Of a stretch of DNA of 32,000 nt, positions 18,709 through 27,795 are shown piece by piece (position 1 is the first letter of the stretch; the number at the start of each line of letters is the position of its first letter). The position numbers were made by a program, and so were the translations under genes. The DNA is from Promethearchaeia archaeon (GTDB taxonomy: Archaea > Asgardarchaeota > Lokiarchaeia > Sigyniarchaeales > SOKP01): NCBI GenBank assembly GCA_046497275.1, contig JAWOFX010000167.1, positions 1 to 32,000 of the forward strand, in the 5' to 3' direction. A model generated the notes under the pieces. The model did not search any database, was not told where the DNA came from, and worked only from the letters and a program-made list of their open reading frames with translations.

Positions 18709-19104
18709 ATGAATGAAAAAAACTTATCAGATCCTTCAAATATTGATAGGTTGAGTCAAATAATCCAGAGTCTTAAAGAGAAGGCAAATTTATCTGGAAT
18801 AATTCTATCCTATAGGGACGGTAGAACTATAGTAAAAGAGATTGAGGGAGTCCATCAGATTGATCAGTTTATACCTTTGATTGCTTCTGCATTACGTAGT
18901 GCTGAGGATTTGGGAATTACTGTTAATGGAAGTACTCTTCACAAAATAATTGCTCAATTAGAGAATTTTTCTATTATGATTTTAAAATGTAGTAGTAAAG
19001 ATGTCTTTTTAACTTTAATTATCAATGAAGCGTCTAATCTTAAACCCATTTTAGAAAATTATGAGGAACTTTCAAAAAAGATTGCAAAACATATAGAGAT
19101 TTGA
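18709..19104 (+). CDS. Roadblock/LC7 domain protein
   Basis: GIILSYRDGRTI, helix ASALRSAEDLG, beta strands IIAQLENFSIMILK and FLTLII; 131 aa. Confidence 0.8.
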   Translation: MNEKNLSDPSNIDRLSQIIQSLKEKANLSGIILSYRDGRTIVKEIEGVHQIDQFIPLIASALRSAEDLGITVNGSTLHKIIAQLENFSIMILKCSSKDVFLTLIINEASNLKPILENYEELSKKIAKHIEI

Positions 19105-19203
19105 AGGTATTAGTAAAATGAAGAGGAAAAATTAAATTATAACGTAATTAAATTCATATTATCATAATTAAAAATAATGTGGAAAAAAAAAAAGGGGATT
19201 TTA

Positions 19204-20085
19204 ATGAATAGAGATTTTATGAAAGATGAAACATTCAATGGAACATATCCATTTAAACCGAATTTTGAATCAATAAATGGATTTAATATGCATTATGTTG
19301 ATGAAGGGAAAGGAGACCCAATCGTGTGTTTGCATGGAGAACCAACATGGAGTTATTTATATAGAAACTTCATAATCGAATTATCAAAGAATAATCGGCT
19401 AATAAGCCCAGATCAAATGGGTTTTGGCAAAAGCGATGTCCCGCAAGATAAAGAATATCGAATGGATGAACATATTGATAATCTAACAAAATTATTATTG
19501 AGGTTAGATTTAAAGAACATAACTTTAGTTATTCAAGACTGGGGCGGTCCGATTGGACTTGGGTTCGCTGTTAATAATCCAGAACGAATTAAACGTCTTG
19601 TTATCATGAATACATCTATTGGTGTAATGAGAGCTGATAAAAAGCCTTGGTATGCCACAGTTGAGGAGAAAGGAATTTATAAACAATTTATCATGAATAT
19701 TGAGGGATTACTAAAAGGAGGTATTTACAGGAAGGGGAATATTACAGATTCTATGATTAAAGCCTATACAGCACCATTTCCAAGCGAAGAATATTATATC
19801 GGAGCCTTTGCTTGGCCAAAAGATATTCCAGTTGGAGATTCCCATCCGAGTGCTCCGATTATGATGCATGTTCGAGAAAATTTAGATAAATTGTCCGAAA
19901 AGGATAAAATATTAATTTGGGGTATGAAAGATCCCATCTTTCCGAAGAGAACAATTGATTGGTGGCATAAAATTTATCCAGATATAGAAACTCATAGAAT
20001 TGAGAATGCTTCTCATTTTCTTCAAGAAGATGCTCCAGAAGAAATTATCAAAAATATAATGAATTTTCTAAAAAAGACACCCTAA
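19204..20085 (+). CDS. Haloalkane dehalogenase-like alpha/beta hydrolase
   Basis: HGEPTWSYLYR, PDQMGFGKSD, nucleophile QDWGG, WGMKD, HFLQED; start placed at ATG 19204 after AAGGGG (the track start at 19177 is also possible). Confidence 0.85.
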   Translation: MNRDFMKDETFNGTYPFKPNFESINGFNMHYVDEGKGDPIVCLHGEPTWSYLYRNFIIELSKNNRLISPDQMGFGKSDVPQDKEYRMDEHIDNLTKLLLRLDLKNITLVIQDWGGPIGLGFAVNNPERIKRLVIMNTSIGVMRADKKPWYATVEEKGIYKQFIMNIEGLLKGGIYRKGNITDSMIKAYTAPFPSEEYYIGAFAWPKDIPVGDSHPSAPIMMHVRENLDKLSEKDKILIWGMKDPIFPKRTIDWWHKIYPDIETHRIENASHFLQEDAPEEIIKNIMNFLKKTP

Positions 20086-20086
20086 T

Positions 20087-21037
20087 TTAAATTAGGATTA
20101 AAATCACACCTACAATGGTAAGTGAGACCCCAAAAAAACCTTTTATTGAAAGCTTTTCTCTGTTAAGTAAATAGCTTATTGGGAGAGAAAAAAGTGGATT
20201 AGCCGAAGCAATTAATGACATTACAGAGGCACCTGCGATTCTTGCCGCTTCTGTGAAAAAATACACGCCTATTGAAGTTCCAATGAGAGAAGCAGATATG
20301 AGCCAAAACCACGTATTTTTTTTCTGTAAATTATTATCAAAATTTTCTTTTTTAACCATAATTAATAGGAGAAATAGTGCGAATGGAAATCTTATTACAT
20401 TGCCAACAACTGAACTTAAATTTTCGTTAAGAAGGATTCTATTAATTTCATTTGTTGCATAATCTATCATTACTAACCCTATTGCCCATCCTAAAGAAGC
20501 GATCACAGCGAATATTGTGGGCGCAATTTCACTCTTTTTGTTAATGCTGTCTGATTTTCTGTTAGAGTTCTTAAATTCCATTGAATTTTCGCGATCGAGT
20601 ACATTTAGCTTAATCTTATATTTTGAAATTATAAAAATTCCTACAGATATAAATAGAGCAGAGGGAATTAATAAAACATCAAATGGTCTTTCTAAGAATA
20701 ATAAATCTAAAATAAATGTAAAAAAAGGAAAAGTCATAGATACTGCAAGAGCTTTTGTGGTTCCGAGTTCTTTTTGAGATTTAAAATAGAACGTGTCTCC
20801 AAGTACTTGTCCGAAGACAAAACTAATTATCAATATAAGCCATAATCCCCAAGGAAGGATAAATATTGCGGTGAAAATACCAAGAATCATTGAAAGGATT
20901 AAAAAAGTTATCAATCCAACTGCAGTTCTGAACATATTAATAAAAGTCGGTGAAACGTCATTTTCTACTCTGCGAAACATAGCATTTGAAGCAACAAATG
21001 ATAAGTTCGCTAAGATTGCAACAAATACTCCAATCAT
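20087..21037 (-). CDS. DMT/EamA family transporter
   Basis: Two repeats of five TM helices; GDTFYFKS and FFTEAARIAGAS, PLFSLPISYLLNRE motifs. Confidence 0.88.
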   Translation of the reverse strand: MIGVFVAILANLSFVASNAMFRRVENDVSPTFINMFRTAVGLITFLILSMILGIFTAIFILPWGLWLILIISFVFGQVLGDTFYFKSQKELGTTKALAVSMTFPFFTFILDLLFLERPFDVLLIPSALFISVGIFIISKYKIKLNVLDRENSMEFKNSNRKSDSINKKSEIAPTIFAVIASLGWAIGLVMIDYATNEINRILLNENLSSVVGNVIRFPFALFLLLIMVKKENFDNNLQKKNTWFWLISASLIGTSIGVYFFTEAARIAGASVMSLIASANPLFSLPISYLLNREKLSIKGFFGVSLTIVGVILILI

Positions 21038-21122
21038 CTAGTTGTATAAAGGCTGAATACTTTAAATTTTAATTGAATTTAGAATATTAAATTTAGATTA
21101 TTAAAAGCAAATAGAAGAAGCA

Positions 21123-22547
21123 TTAAATACTTTGCATCCAAGCATTAATCAATTCAATTAGCTTGGGAGTGAATATAATTAATAGAATAACTATGCTAAT
21201 CCCAAAAATAGCCCATAAAATCCCAATGATCCTGGCTTTTTTATCATTTACATCTTTCTTATAACGATGTCTTCTATGAAATGATTCTTTTGATTCTGCT
21301 TTATGATAAGCTTGTAATCCTTTTGGTGTTAATACAAGGTCTCCATCAATGATTTCCACCTCCCCACCCTTGATTAGTTTTTTGATATATTTTTCTGCTG
21401 TTTGAGCTCCAAGATCATTATAGAAGAAATCTGCATAACCTTGATAATATTTTCTACCTAACTCTAATCCATTTTTAAATGTCTCTATAAGCTCAGATTC
21501 AGATAACCGGTTTCCTCTAATGGTTGATAGTAAATATTTTGTGAGGATATTGTCATAAATATTATCAGATTTTACATTTATCGCGGAAATATCGAATTCC
21601 CACTCCTTTTTTATTAATTCTCGAAGAAATTCGTAACCTTCCTTAAGAATTAAAATACCAATGAAAAATCCGATAATGGGATCAATAAAGTAAAGATCAA
21701 AGATAGCAAAGCTAAGTCCAATTAATACCCCAACGCTTATTAGAACATTCACTTCTGAGTCTTTTGAATCACTTAATAGAGACAGATTTCCCGATGAACG
21801 CCCCACAAGGCCCTTATAGTACATTAAAGCATAATTTACTAAAATCGAGATCCCAATTATCAAATAGGATTCAAAATTCGGCTCTATCACTACCGGAGAG
21901 AATAATGCGCTTATATTGGACCAGATCATCGTTATACCTGTAATTATCATTAAAGAGATGACTATAATACTCGCAATCCGGTCTTTCTTAAATCTAAGCC
22001 CTAAATAAATTATACCTATTTTTATTAGATCTGTAAAATTCTCAAATCCCTCAGAAATCATTCCTTGACTGTCAATAGTCAGACCTAATAAAATTTTAGT
22101 GAGAGAAAGAATAACCAGAGAAATAGCTGTGATTATCATCACAAATTTTTCTGTTAAAACTTTTCTCATCCAATGGCTGGTGACGATCATCATATAATAA
22201 CTTGCTTCTATATAGGCTTTTCCTGTATCGGTTAGCTTGACTTTATCATCTGAGTCCAATGTGATGTATTTTTTGCTTCTGCCTAAGTGGATATATTCCT
22301 CTACATCATCTTCTTTAATACCTAACTGTGACATTGTAGCTAAAAATAGCTTTTTCATCCATTTTTTAATCTCAGAAATGTCGTGAACTCCATCATATAT
22401 CAAACATAAAAATCCATAAAATAAGTCAAATTGGGGTCCAGATCCTTCTCTTCCAAATCTATCCTTTTGCTCTCTTATTTTATTAAAGATAGCTTTTAGT
22501 TTAAAATCTTTTTTGGTTATTTTTGATTGTAAATCAGATATAGGCAT
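21123..22547 (-). CDS. Cation diffusion facilitator (CDF) TM domain flanked by winged-helix-like domains
   Basis: CDF-like TM region (SQGMISEGFENFTD, SLSLLSDSKDS, YFIDPIIGFFIGILILKEG); wing-type LTDTGKAY and LTPKGLQAY segments on either side. Confidence 0.75.
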   Translation of the reverse strand: MPISDLQSKITKKDFKLKAIFNKIREQKDRFGREGSGPQFDLFYGFLCLIYDGVHDISEIKKWMKKLFLATMSQLGIKEDDVEEYIHLGRSKKYITLDSDDKVKLTDTGKAYIEASYYMMIVTSHWMRKVLTEKFVMIITAISLVILSLTKILLGLTIDSQGMISEGFENFTDLIKIGIIYLGLRFKKDRIASIIVISLMIITGITMIWSNISALFSPVVIEPNFESYLIIGISILVNYALMYYKGLVGRSSGNLSLLSDSKDSEVNVLISVGVLIGLSFAIFDLYFIDPIIGFFIGILILKEGYEFLRELIKKEWEFDISAINVKSDNIYDNILTKYLLSTIRGNRLSESELIETFKNGLELGRKYYQGYADFFYNDLGAQTAEKYIKKLIKGGEVEIIDGDLVLTPKGLQAYHKAESKESFHRRHRYKKDVNDKKARIIGILWAIFGISIVILLIIFTPKLIELINAWMQSI

Positions 22548-22710
22548 TATGTAAATATTTCTTTTTGATTTTATTAAAAATTTGTGAAATCCGAAAGAGG
22601 ATTATCTCTCCAAATCAATTAAAATCTATTGTAATATTTAAAAAATGAAATAATATTTAAAAATTAAAAAAATAGATATATGGATAATTGAAAATTTAAG
22701 AAATTTAATT

Positions 22711-24705
22711 CTATTTTGGTACATCAACATCCATTTTCTTACGTTCTTCTAAAAGATCTTCGACTACTGAGGGATCTGCTAAGGTAGTGACGTTCCCAAT
22801 ATCCGTTCCTGCTGCGATAGCTTTCAAAACTCGTCTCATAATTTTCCCGCTTCTAGTTTTTGGTAATGCATCAGCAAATTGTACGACATCTGGTTGAAAT
22901 ACAGGACCAATTTCTTGTCTTACATGCATCACAATTCCCTTTCTAAGTTCTTCTGTCTTTTCAACTCCTTCCATTAGCGTGACATACGCCCAGATAGCAT
23001 TTCCCTTGATTTTATGTGGGAAAGGTGCGACAGCAGCTTCAGCTACTTTCGGATGACTTACGATGGCTGATTCGACTTCCATTGTTCCAATTCTATGTCC
23101 AGAAACCTTTATCACATCATCTAATCGTCCTAATATCCAATAATATCCATCTTCATCCCTTCTTGCTCCATCTCCAGTATAATAATATCCCTCATATCTG
23201 CTCAAATAAGTGGATTTGAATCGTTCTGTATCACCCCAGACATCTCGAAGCATTCCTGGCCACGGTTGTGCCATGCAGAAGTATCCCCCCTCATGAGGTT
23301 CAGTCACCTCGTTCCCCTCCATATCAAAGATAATGGGTTTAATTCCTAAGAAAGGTAAACAACAAGATCCAGGTTTAGTAGGGGTAGCCGTAGCAATAGG
23401 TGTCATTATAAACCCACCAGTTTCAGTTTGCCAGTAGGTATCAACAATAGGACAGCGTTCCTTTCCAATGACTCGATGATACCAAGTCCATGCTTCAGGA
23501 TTAATAGGCTCTCCCACTGTTCCTAATACACGAAGAGAGCTTAAATCATGATTATTAACTGGATCTTCCCCAAATCTCATTAAAGCACGGATAGCGGTTG
23601 GTGCAGTATAAAATTGGGTTACTTTATGCCGCTCAACTATATCCCAGAATCGATCGACATCAGGGTATGTAGGAACACTTTCAAACATCAAGGTTGTAGC
23701 GCCATTTGCTAATGGTCCATACACGATATAACTATGACCAGTTATCCATCCTATATCTGCCGTACAGTACCAAATATCTCCTTCTTTATAGTTGAATACG
23801 ACTTTATGAGTATATGAGGTATATAAAATATATCCTGCTGTCGTATGTTTAACACCCTTGGGTTTTCCAGTGGTTCCGCTCGTATAAAGGATAAAGAGGG
23901 TATCTTCTGAATCCATTTCTTCACAATCACATTCTGTATCCATTCCATCAATAAAATCTTTATACCAGATATCCTTATCTGTGTGGGGTACTGGATTCCC
24001 AGTTCTCTCTACAACAATTATATTTTCGATAGTTGGCACATCATCAATAATTTGGGCTACATCATTCATTTTTGGATATGTTTTTCCTGCTCGTAAGGTC
24101 TGATCGCATGTAAATAAGAGTCTCGAATCCGAATCCTCAATTCTGTCTTTTACAGCTTCTTTTGAGAATCCACCGAATACAATAGAGTGGATAACCCCTA
24201 TTCTGGAACAAGCAAGCATAATAATAGCTAACTCTGGTATCATAGGGAGCCAAATAGTCACTCTATCTCCTTTTTCTAATCCCAATTTTTTCATACCATT
24301 TGCCACTTTGCATACTTCTTCCTTGAGCTGCTCATAGGTGAACTTTCTTACTTCCCCAGGTTCATCAGCTTCCCAGATAATTGCAATTTCATCACCTTTT
24401 CCATCCTCAATATGTCGGTCAATACAATTATAACTTACATTTAATTTACCGCCAACAAACCATTTGCCAGGAAATAGGTCGGTTTTCTCCCAGACTTTAT
24501 CATAAGGTTTGAACCAACTAATTGATTTAGCTTGTTCATCCCAAAAACCTTCCATATCTTCGACAGATTTTTTATAAAGTTCTTTATATTCCGTTAAGGA
24601 AATTCCCGTTTTAGCATAGTCGGGATTCAATTTAACCGGATCGAAGACACGTTTCTCTGAAAGAATGCTTTCCATTTTTTCTTCTTTTTCAGTCATTTTT
24701 TTCAC
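22711..24705 (-). CDS. acs: Acetyl-CoA synthetase (AMP-forming); start may be ATG at 24696
   Basis: YTSGTTGKPKG, ADIGWITGHSY, VDTYWQTETG, YYTGDGA, GRLDDVIKVSGHRIG, PKTRSGKIMRR. Confidence 0.96.
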   Translation of the reverse strand: MKKMTEKEEKMESILSEKRVFDPVKLNPDYAKTGISLTEYKELYKKSVEDMEGFWDEQAKSISWFKPYDKVWEKTDLFPGKWFVGGKLNVSYNCIDRHIEDGKGDEIAIIWEADEPGEVRKFTYEQLKEEVCKVANGMKKLGLEKGDRVTIWLPMIPELAIIMLACSRIGVIHSIVFGGFSKEAVKDRIEDSDSRLLFTCDQTLRAGKTYPKMNDVAQIIDDVPTIENIIVVERTGNPVPHTDKDIWYKDFIDGMDTECDCEEMDSEDTLFILYTSGTTGKPKGVKHTTAGYILYTSYTHKVVFNYKEGDIWYCTADIGWITGHSYIVYGPLANGATTLMFESVPTYPDVDRFWDIVERHKVTQFYTAPTAIRALMRFGEDPVNNHDLSSLRVLGTVGEPINPEAWTWYHRVIGKERCPIVDTYWQTETGGFIMTPIATATPTKPGSCCLPFLGIKPIIFDMEGNEVTEPHEGGYFCMAQPWPGMLRDVWGDTERFKSTYLSRYEGYYYTGDGARRDEDGYYWILGRLDDVIKVSGHRIGTMEVESAIVSHPKVAEAAVAPFPHKIKGNAIWAYVTLMEGVEKTEELRKGIVMHVRQEIGPVFQPDVVQFADALPKTRSGKIMRRVLKAIAAGTDIGNVTTLADPSVVEDLLEERKKMDVDVPK

Positions 24706-24969
24706 AAGATTTATAGTAAAGAATAATTAACACTATAGAAAAGATTAATATTAGATAAAATAATAAATTTTTTACGAACAATTTTTATGTGATCATAAGT
24801 CGAAATTATGAAATTCAAACATAATGTTTAGATTTTCTACAATCACGCATTCAGAATCATAAAATCTTCTAATAAATCAATATTGCATATAAAAAATTAT
24901 TAAAGAAAAATGAAGATAGTAACATTTATCAAGTATCCAAATTATTCAAAATAATTTCGATCATAAAAA

Positions 24970-26868
24970 ATGGAAAATTTAGAGAAGTTAGATTCAAATT
25001 GGAGAAAAAAGTGGAGCGATAAAGAAATCGACATTGAACATGCTATTAAAAAGATCATACCAGGTAATAGAGTATTTATTGATTCTGGATGTTCCGAACC
25101 ACAAGCCCTCACTAAAGAATTAATTAGACAATCAGAACGTTTAGTTGATACGGAAATAATTCATTTTCTTACCATCGGCCCGAATAAATACTTTCAAACA
25201 GATAAACGAGAGGATGTTTTTAGACATAATGCCCTTTTTATTGGTGATACCTTGCGAGAGGAGGTAAATAGTGGACAAGCAGATTACACCCCGATTAATG
25301 TGAGTGAAATACCGAAATTGTTTCTATCCGGAAGAAAATATATTGATGTCGCGTTAATTCAAGTTTCTCTTCCAGATCAATATGGTTTTTGTTCATTCGG
25401 GATAAATGTTGATATTGCAAAACCAATTGCTCAGTCAGCCTATTTGACGATAGCAGAAATAAATCCCCAAATGCCAAGGACATTGGGGAATAGTTTCATT
25501 CATTTAAAAGAAATAGATTATTTTATTTATCACGATCATCCTCTCTTAAAATTCCATTTTGATGAACCCACTAAAGTTGTAAAAAAAATAGGGAAAAATC
25601 TTTCAAATTTAGTACAAGATAAATCAACGATACATATAGGCTTTGGAGATTTACCTCATAATATTCTGAAATACTTATCAAAGAAGAAAGATTTAGGAAT
25701 GCACTCTCATTATGTAACAGATGCAATAATTCCGCTGATTGAGAATGGAGTTTTAACTTGCAGGAAGAAAAATTTTCATCCTGAAAAGATCGTTACGAGT
25801 TTTGCACTCGGTTCAAGAAAATTATATGATTTTGTCGATAATAATCCTTATATCGAATTTTATCCTTCGGATTATGTATGTAATCCGAAATATATTAGTA
25901 AAAATAAAAATATGATATCTATTAATTCAGCTCGTCAAATAGATTTAACGGGACAAGTCAATGCATCTACAGAAGGATATTCCTTTTATTCTGGATTTGG
26001 AGAGACCGTTGATTTTATTAGGGGAGCAGCTTTTTCAGAGGGTGGAAAACCAATCATTATTATGCCTTCCACTACAAGAGATGAAAAGCAATCAAGAATA
26101 GTTTCTCATTTGGATGAAGGAGCAGGAATCTTACTATCAAGGGGTGATGTTCATTATGTCGTAACTGAATGGGGTGTTGCATATTTACACGGAAAATCTA
26201 TTAGAGAAAGAGTAATTGAGTTGATTAGTATTGCGCATCCCAAATTTAGGGAACAATTATTGCATGAGGCAAAATATTTAAATTATATTTATTCTGATCA
26301 AATGCTTCCGGTGGATGAGAATGGTTTTATAGTAAGATATCCAAAAGAATATGAAACTATCTTTAAAACTAAGAACGGAGAGGAAATTTCTATAAGACCA
26401 TTAAAGACTACTGATGAAGAGATGCTTAAAGAATTATATTATTCTCTAAATGAAAGAGATCGATACTTAAGGTTTTTCGAAGTTAGAAATGAATTTGCTC
26501 ATACCAAAACCCAAAATGAAGTCAATATTGATTATAATGATATTTTCTCAATAGGGGCATTTATTGGCGAGATTGGGAATGAGAAAATGATTGGAAATGC
26601 TACATATTATTATAATCCTAATAAAAACTCAGCAGAGTTTAGTTTTGTGGTACATAAAGATTGGAGGGGTGTGGGATTAGGCTCATATCTTTATAATTAT
26701 ATGATAATAATCGCGAAGGAGAAAGGAATCCAATCCTTCTACGGAAATATTCATATCGAAAATAAGGGGACTGTACATGTTATAAAAAAGGCAGGGAAAG
26801 TGAGGATAACGCCCCCAGAACTTGGAGGAAAAGAACTTTTTTATGAAGTTGATTTTGAGGAAGAATAA
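24970..26868 (+). CDS. Acetyl-CoA hydrolase/CoA-transferase-like domain fused to a C-terminal GNAT acetyltransferase
   Basis: CSFGINVD, PRTLG, NSARQIDLTGQV, DFIRGA, YVVTEWGVA; GNAT with AEFSFVV and WRGVGLG. Confidence 0.9.
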   Translation: MENLEKLDSNWRKKWSDKEIDIEHAIKKIIPGNRVFIDSGCSEPQALTKELIRQSERLVDTEIIHFLTIGPNKYFQTDKREDVFRHNALFIGDTLREEVNSGQADYTPINVSEIPKLFLSGRKYIDVALIQVSLPDQYGFCSFGINVDIAKPIAQSAYLTIAEINPQMPRTLGNSFIHLKEIDYFIYHDHPLLKFHFDEPTKVVKKIGKNLSNLVQDKSTIHIGFGDLPHNILKYLSKKKDLGMHSHYVTDAIIPLIENGVLTCRKKNFHPEKIVTSFALGSRKLYDFVDNNPYIEFYPSDYVCNPKYISKNKNMISINSARQIDLTGQVNASTEGYSFYSGFGETVDFIRGAAFSEGGKPIIIMPSTTRDEKQSRIVSHLDEGAGILLSRGDVHYVVTEWGVAYLHGKSIRERVIELISIAHPKFREQLLHEAKYLNYIYSDQMLPVDENGFIVRYPKEYETIFKTKNGEEISIRPLKTTDEEMLKELYYSLNERDRYLRFFEVRNEFAHTKTQNEVNIDYNDIFSIGAFIGEIGNEKMIGNATYYYNPNKNSAEFSFVVHKDWRGVGLGSYLYNYMIIIAKEKGIQSFYGNIHIENKGTVHVIKKAGKVRITPPELGGKELFYEVDFEEE

Positions 26869-27056
26869 ATTTCTACTTATTTTTTATGTAAATATTTAAT
26901 ATTTTATATTTTACAAAAGAGAATTTGATATAATTCCTATTTATATTAGTCATAAATTTAAAACAAAAACCTGACCAAATGTAATTTTAACAAGAATTTT
27001 TCAGTTCTCTTAAATTTTTTAAAAATAATTTTTAAATATATTTTAAGATTGATTTC

Positions 27057-27758
27057 ATGGAAATTAAGGGGATAATTAAATCAATAGATAAATGGGATCA
27101 AAGTATCATCCTAAAAATTAATGGGAGAGGAGGGAAATTCATAACCACTTTATTGCGTCTTTTTTCATTTCTTGGCAGAGAGACAATATGGTTATTTTTA
27201 CTGGCTTATTTTTCATTTGTATGGTTTGATCCTAAAATTTTCTCATACATTGGGGTTGGTTATACTTTAGGATTGATTATTATTGTTCCTATTAAACAAA
27301 TTGTCCATAGAACGAGACCTTTTAATGAATTGGAAAAAATTATATTATATGAACGGAAGTCGACTTCTGGCAGTTTTCCATCATGGCATTCTTATAATAC
27401 CGCTTCGCAAGCGATTATAATGGGGTATCTCTTTTCTTCATCTTTACTTACGATTATATTTTTATTTATCGCTGGAGTGGTGGCCTATTCCAGAGTACAT
27501 GTCGGATCTCATTATCCGAGTGATGTTATAAATGGCTATATTATTGGAATAGTTGCTGGATTAAGTAGTATTTTTCTATTTGGGAAATATTTATTTAATT
27601 TCATCATATATCTGAATGAAATTAGCAACATTAATTTTGTATTTTATTCATTCAATCCCTTAATATTTAGCAATATTGGATATATAATGTTATGTATATT
27701 AATATTTGGAGGGATTTTTATTCTCTCGATTTACCGATATTTAAAGGGTATTTTGTAA
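27057..27758 (+). CDS. PAP2 family phosphatase
   Basis: K..HRTRP, SFPSWH, SRVHVGSHYPSDV. Confidence 0.88.
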   Translation: MEIKGIIKSIDKWDQSIILKINGRGGKFITTLLRLFSFLGRETIWLFLLAYFSFVWFDPKIFSYIGVGYTLGLIIIVPIKQIVHRTRPFNELEKIILYERKSTSGSFPSWHSYNTASQAIIMGYLFSSSLLTIIFLFIAGVVAYSRVHVGSHYPSDVINGYIIGIVAGLSSIFLFGKYLFNFIIYLNEISNINFVFYSFNPLIFSNIGYIMLCILIFGGIFILSIYRYLKGIL

Positions 27759-27795
27759 GAAATAAATACTCTAAAAAGAAGTATGTGGATAGATA

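Noticed and set aside
24800-24960. 10-bp inverted pair TCGAAATTAT/ATAATTTCGA and palindrome AAACATAATGTTT (24817-24829) in the acs/GNAT divergent region
   Set aside because: Short and AT-rich; plausible by chance at this composition, and no independent support
1066-25483. Short track ORFs antisense to or nested in long genes (e.g. 1066, 2294, 2567, 2993, 8549, 8721, 12088, 12940, 13177, 16830, 20253, 20517, 20793, 23016, 23751, 25295)
   Set aside because: They overlap well-supported CDSs, have no motifs, and are expected as shadow ORFs
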